A stretch of DNA of 27,282 nt from Bacteroidia bacterium (lineage in GTDB: Bacteria > Bacteroidota > Bacteroidia > NS11-12g > UBA9320), in the NCBI GenBank assembly GCA_049609445.1, contig JBMYYN010000001.1:1-27282 (forward strand), written 5' to 3'. Position numbers and translations under genes: made by a program. Each line of letters opens with the position of its first letter. The first letter of the stretch is position 1. Of this stretch, positions 24,357 to 27,282 are shown piece after piece. Under the pieces are notes generated by a model. That model saw nothing but the letters and a program-made list of their open reading frames with translations. It had not been told where the DNA came from and ran no database searches.

Positions 24357-25058
24357 TTAAAGCTTGGTTCTTTCTTCTTCTATTCTCTCTACCAGTTTGT
24401 CTTTATTTTTCTGAAAAAGTGCCATGTCCTCAGAAGATGAAAAAGCAAACGAGCTTAAAATTTTGCGAACATTGTATCTGTGGTTTTGAAAGATGTCACT
24501 AGACCTTGTTTTTGTCTTTAGACTTATGGTTCCATCTGGAAGAATCCTTGCATCAAACTCCTCTGGCATTGTGTTAAACAAAGCCAACCCAAACCCTGTA
24601 ACTTTTAAAGAGATATTTCCCAAACAATCTACACTTCCTTGCATTCTTTTTGGGTAGATTATGTTGAACAAGATTGGACACAAAACACTGAACAAAGAAG
24701 TCCTAAATGTAAAATCTCCTGTACAATACATGTGGCCATTTGAGTTAATATGGCCGTCAAAAACATTTACTGCGTTAAAGATTATCCCCACAGACTCTTT
24801 ATACTTTTTAAAAACAAGATTATCTGCATACTTCTTACACTGTTCCTCTGCCATTGCACCGTATACATCATCCGTTTGTCCTAGCTTCTGCGATATCAAA
24901 CGATATGTTCTGCAACGTTGCTTAGCTACCTCGATTTTTATGTCTTTAAGGGATAAAGGTGTTACTTTATTCCTAGTAGCTTTTACAAGCCTTTTCTCAA
25001 GCTTTACGAGTTTTTTATTCTCTTGCCGTATTTGTTTATTGAGTTTTTTCGTAGTCAC
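24357..25058 (-). CDS. Hypothetical protein: basic coiled-coil N-terminus plus three beta-hairpin-like repeats
   Basis: 233-aa ORF with GTG start and an upstream -7 box. Repeats FDGHINSNGHMYC, MQGSVDCLGNISL and FDARILPDGTISL. Confidence 0.75.
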   Translation of the reverse strand: MTTKKLNKQIRQENKKLVKLEKRLVKATRNKVTPLSLKDIKIEVAKQRCRTYRLISQKLGQTDDVYGAMAEEQCKKYADNLVFKKYKESVGIIFNAVNVFDGHINSNGHMYCTGDFTFRTSLFSVLCPILFNIIYPKRMQGSVDCLGNISLKVTGFGLALFNTMPEEFDARILPDGTISLKTKTRSSDIFQNHRYNVRKILSSFAFSSSEDMALFQKNKDKLVERIEEERTKL

Positions 25059-25065
25059 TGTCTAA

Positions 25066-25073
25066 CAAATCTA
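25066..25073 (-). promoter_or_regulatory. -7 box for the 24357-25058 gene
   Basis: TAGATTTG on the minus strand, ending 7 nt before GTG 25058. Confidence 0.5.
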
Positions 25074-25202
25074 TACAAACAAAATCATAACTAGAATCGT
25101 CCGCATAGTAATTCCAATGGAGAGGTCTTATGAAACGATAAGTACAATTCCGAACCTCCTTGAATCCAACGAGACAACTCCTCATAAGAAATGCGTAAGC
25201 TG

Positions 25203-25814
25203 CTACATCCCTACCTTAAACCTCTCCAGAATTTCTGCATCTACTACGGTGTTGCCAAACGACTTAGATATGTCTTCCATACTTGGCACCTCTACAGGCT
25301 GGTTCAATGAGTAATCCTCTTCTGGAATATATGAAGTAACTATAAGTTCGTTACGTTCTTCAACAACCGGAACTTCCTTCACAATGGTTTTTGTAATGTA
25401 TTCTATAACCGGCACCTCTCTATAGATCGTATCTCGAATAACTTCAAACACTGGAACTTCCTTTTCTACTACTACAGGAGTTTTGTCCCCTCTATTTTGT
25501 AATAAAAACATAGTCATGAAAACTAAAAAGCACGCAGCAACAGCCTGATAAGCTGGGATGCGAATGGCTAAAAATCCAACTGGTTTTTTGGAGTCTGATT
25601 GTGCCTTTTGTAGTGTTGCAAGAGATCCTTTGTTAGGCTCTAGATCCTGGGATTCATCATGTAAAAACCCAGCAAACACCTTGATAGTTTGGTGCAGCTC
25701 GTCATATTGTTCTATGCTCATTTCCGCTAAAACAATGGCTTGTTTATCGCTATCCAATTGGTGATAAGCAAACTGTTCTGCCCACTCGTTTATGGTTTCT
25801 ATGTTGTCTTTCAT
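25203..25814 (-). CDS. Putative single-pass anti-sigma factor
   Basis: ATGA overlap with the ECF sigma stop; about 85-aa N-terminal domain, one TM (IPAYQAVAACFLVFMTMFLL), then an extracytoplasmic part with three 14-aa EVPV repeats. Confidence 0.65.
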   Translation of the reverse strand: MKDNIETINEWAEQFAYHQLDSDKQAIVLAEMSIEQYDELHQTIKVFAGFLHDESQDLEPNKGSLATLQKAQSDSKKPVGFLAIRIPAYQAVAACFLVFMTMFLLQNRGDKTPVVVEKEVPVFEVIRDTIYREVPVIEYITKTIVKEVPVVEERNELIVTSYIPEEDYSLNQPVEVPSMEDISKSFGNTVVDAEILERFKVGM

Positions 25815-26374
25815 GCTGTTTCTTTGGGGTTAAATTGTCGTAGGCTTTTTGCCAGATGTTTGGTTGCTGTGTGTAGTCTAGATTTAACTGTGCCCTCAGG
25901 TATGTTCGTTATAATTGATATCTCCTTTATGCTCATGTACTGTTGATGTTTGAGAACAAACACTTCGCGGTGTTCTATACTCAACTTATTCAGAGCGGTG
26001 TTCAATGAGTTGTCAAACGCTTTTCTGTCAGCGAGGTTGGGTTGATGACTATTTCCCAAAAACTGTGTGTGACTTTCTTTTACCTCCTCTGTTTCGGTCA
26101 TTCTGTACGATTTCCTACTTGCATTAGCCGCTACTTGGTATATCCATGGCTTGAAACTTCTCGTCACGTCAAATGCATTTGGTTTTTCTATTATTTTTAA
26201 AAACACATCGTGCAGCACATCTTGAGCCAATGCCTCTGCTCCATTCACCATTCGGTAGATGAAAGCCAGTAGTTTTTTGCTGTATCTAGCATAGATTTCA
26301 TCAAAGGCAGAATTGGACCCGTTTTGCAAAAGACCCATTAATGCTTCATCTGTATGTTTATCAAAATTGGTCAC
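25811..26374 (-). CDS. ECF-type RNA polymerase sigma-70 factor
   Basis: Region 2 (AFDEIYARY...AQDVLHDVFLKI...SFKPWIYQVAAN) and region 4 (LSIEHREVFVLKH...SIKEIS...IPEGTVKSRLH); 187 aa, GTG start. Confidence 0.93.
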   Translation of the reverse strand: MTNFDKHTDEALMGLLQNGSNSAFDEIYARYSKKLLAFIYRMVNGAEALAQDVLHDVFLKIIEKPNAFDVTRSFKPWIYQVAANASRKSYRMTETEEVKESHTQFLGNSHQPNLADRKAFDNSLNTALNKLSIEHREVFVLKHQQYMSIKEISIITNIPEGTVKSRLHTATKHLAKSLRQFNPKETA

Positions 26375-26377
26375 TAG

Positions 26378-27282
26378 CTAAAGAAGCTCCAATATACCTT
26401 TAGAATTTCCAGAGTTTTCTGCTACCCGAAGGATTAGTTTTTTAGTCTCCTCCATTTTGGGGTCCTCACTCTCTTTGTAATGGTGGTATAACGTTACCAG
26501 TGATATGATATAGTTTGCACTATTGTCATCTATTATTCCTTGGCTTATGTCATTGCTAAAATCAACTTTCAGATAGTCCAACAGGTAGTATTTTTCGAAG
26601 TTCTTTTTAATTACCGCTATGTTGTCAAACTTGTGCTTGCAACACTTATAAGCTAGCCCTACGTTGTAAACTTCATCTTTGAACGACTCATATACTCTTT
26701 GAGATGCACCTATTCCTATATAAACTGGCCTGTCTGTGTTTTCTTTTATATGCTTTATCACCATCGTTTGAATGGCTTCATAGCTCTCTTTCTTTTCCCA
26801 ATCTATCTCAACATAGGGAATGCCTAGTTCTTTGAAGTACTTTTTTCTGTAATCACTCAAGCGTATCAGCCCTAAATTTACTACGGATACGTCAGGTTTT
26901 ATCCCTTTTGCTCGTTGCAGTATCCAGGCCGGGTAGGTGTCATTATCTCCTACAGTCAGCAATATGGCGTTGTCCTCTACGCTCTGTAGCATATTGTAAT
27001 TCCATGCGTATATGCCCGGTGATATGTCATTGGATGCAAGCCACTTTTTGGCTATCATCTCAGAGTTTTCTTTGTTCCTTCTCAGTTCATAATAATTGGT
27101 TAAATCATCATAAAGTTCTACTCGGTCAGGTCCCAACTCTTGGGCTTTCTTTAAATGGAAATCAGACTTTTCTACATCTCTCAAGCCAAGATTCCATACA
27201 GCTATATAATGGTACTCGAAGGTGTTTGGTATATGTTTCTTCACAAGATTATTAGCTATACTGTCTAGATCATGCTGTTTTA
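26378..27282 (-). CDS. 5'-truncated protein with a TPR-like segment and a DUF2723/TMEM260 C-terminal-like domain
   Basis: Frame stays open to the window edge (KQHDLDSIANNLVKKHIP...). Motif YNMLQSVEDNAILLTVGDNDTYPAWILQ...PDVSVVNLGL. Stop lies 3 nt before the sigma GTG. Confidence 0.7.
   Translation of the reverse strand, partial: KQHDLDSIANNLVKKHIPNTFEYHYIAVWNLGLRDVEKSDFHLKKAQELGPDRVELYDDLTNYYELRRNKENSEMIAKKWLASNDISPGIYAWNYNMLQSVEDNAILLTVGDNDTYPAWILQRAKGIKPDVSVVNLGLIRLSDYRKKYFKELGIPYVEIDWEKKESYEAIQTMVIKHIKENTDRPVYIGIGASQRVYESFKDEVYNVGLAYKCCKHKFDNIAVIKKNFEKYYLLDYLKVDFSNDISQGIIDDNSANYIISLVTLYHHYKESEDPKMEETKKLILRVAENSGNSKGILELL

Noticed and set aside
24335-24360. A8 run between dinB and the convergent gene as a terminator or slippage site
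   Set aside because: No GC-rich hairpin precedes the U-tract on the minus strand, and the run is non-coding.
25059-25106. In-frame upstream MRTILVMILFV*IC*T, resembling a signal peptide for the 233-aa gene via TAG read-through
   Set aside because: It needs two TAG read-throughs, TAG terminates many genes here, and the segment overlaps a good -7 box for the GTG start.
25036-25185. 49-aa minus-strand ORF MRSCLVGFKEV...YEKTQ in the gap
   Set aside because: It is short, overlaps the next gene's promoter and start, and has no motif. I cannot distinguish it from chance without homology data.
1-27282. CRISPR array, IS element, prophage, defence system or structural RNA genes
   Set aside because: I found no regularly spaced DNA repeats with spacers, no transposase, integrase, phage or nuclease motifs, and no intergenic gap above about 185 nt. 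No tRNA-like cloverleaf was seen by eye.

Overview
Gene-dense, AT-rich bacterial chromosomal segment from a Bacteroidota genome. The assignment rests on repeated TAnnTTTG-type -7 promoter boxes, A-rich SD-less start contexts, a tatA-gatA-MltD-like cluster and Bacteroidota-style DinB, TPK and outer-membrane proteins. It is mostly core genes: tadA, gatA, tatA, nbaC (3-hydroxyanthranilate dioxygenase), an SDR, a BASS symporter, a DinB-family protein, pssA, glyA, SulP, thiN, guaB, trmL and dinB (Pol IV). There are also several uncharacterised envelope proteins and an ECF sigma/anti-sigma locus cut by the right edge. I saw no rRNA, tRNA, CRISPR array, transposase or prophage gene. The most notable signals are: (1) an intact MltD-like gene whose catalytic Glu and other SLT motifs are replaced, next to an intact PatB-like SGNH enzyme; (2) a coupled lipoprotein plus beta-barrel pair in which the lipoprotein appears to have four tandem modules; (3) an ECF sigma operon with a DUF2723/TMEM260-like domain protein and an anti-sigma-like protein with three exact-period 14-aa repeats; (4) a near-perfect 37-bp palindrome just before dinB; (5) a lipoprotein gene split by one in-frame TGA, and a SulP gene whose conserved N-terminus has no ATG/GTG/TTG start. 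All family calls come from motif recognition by eye; no database search was run.
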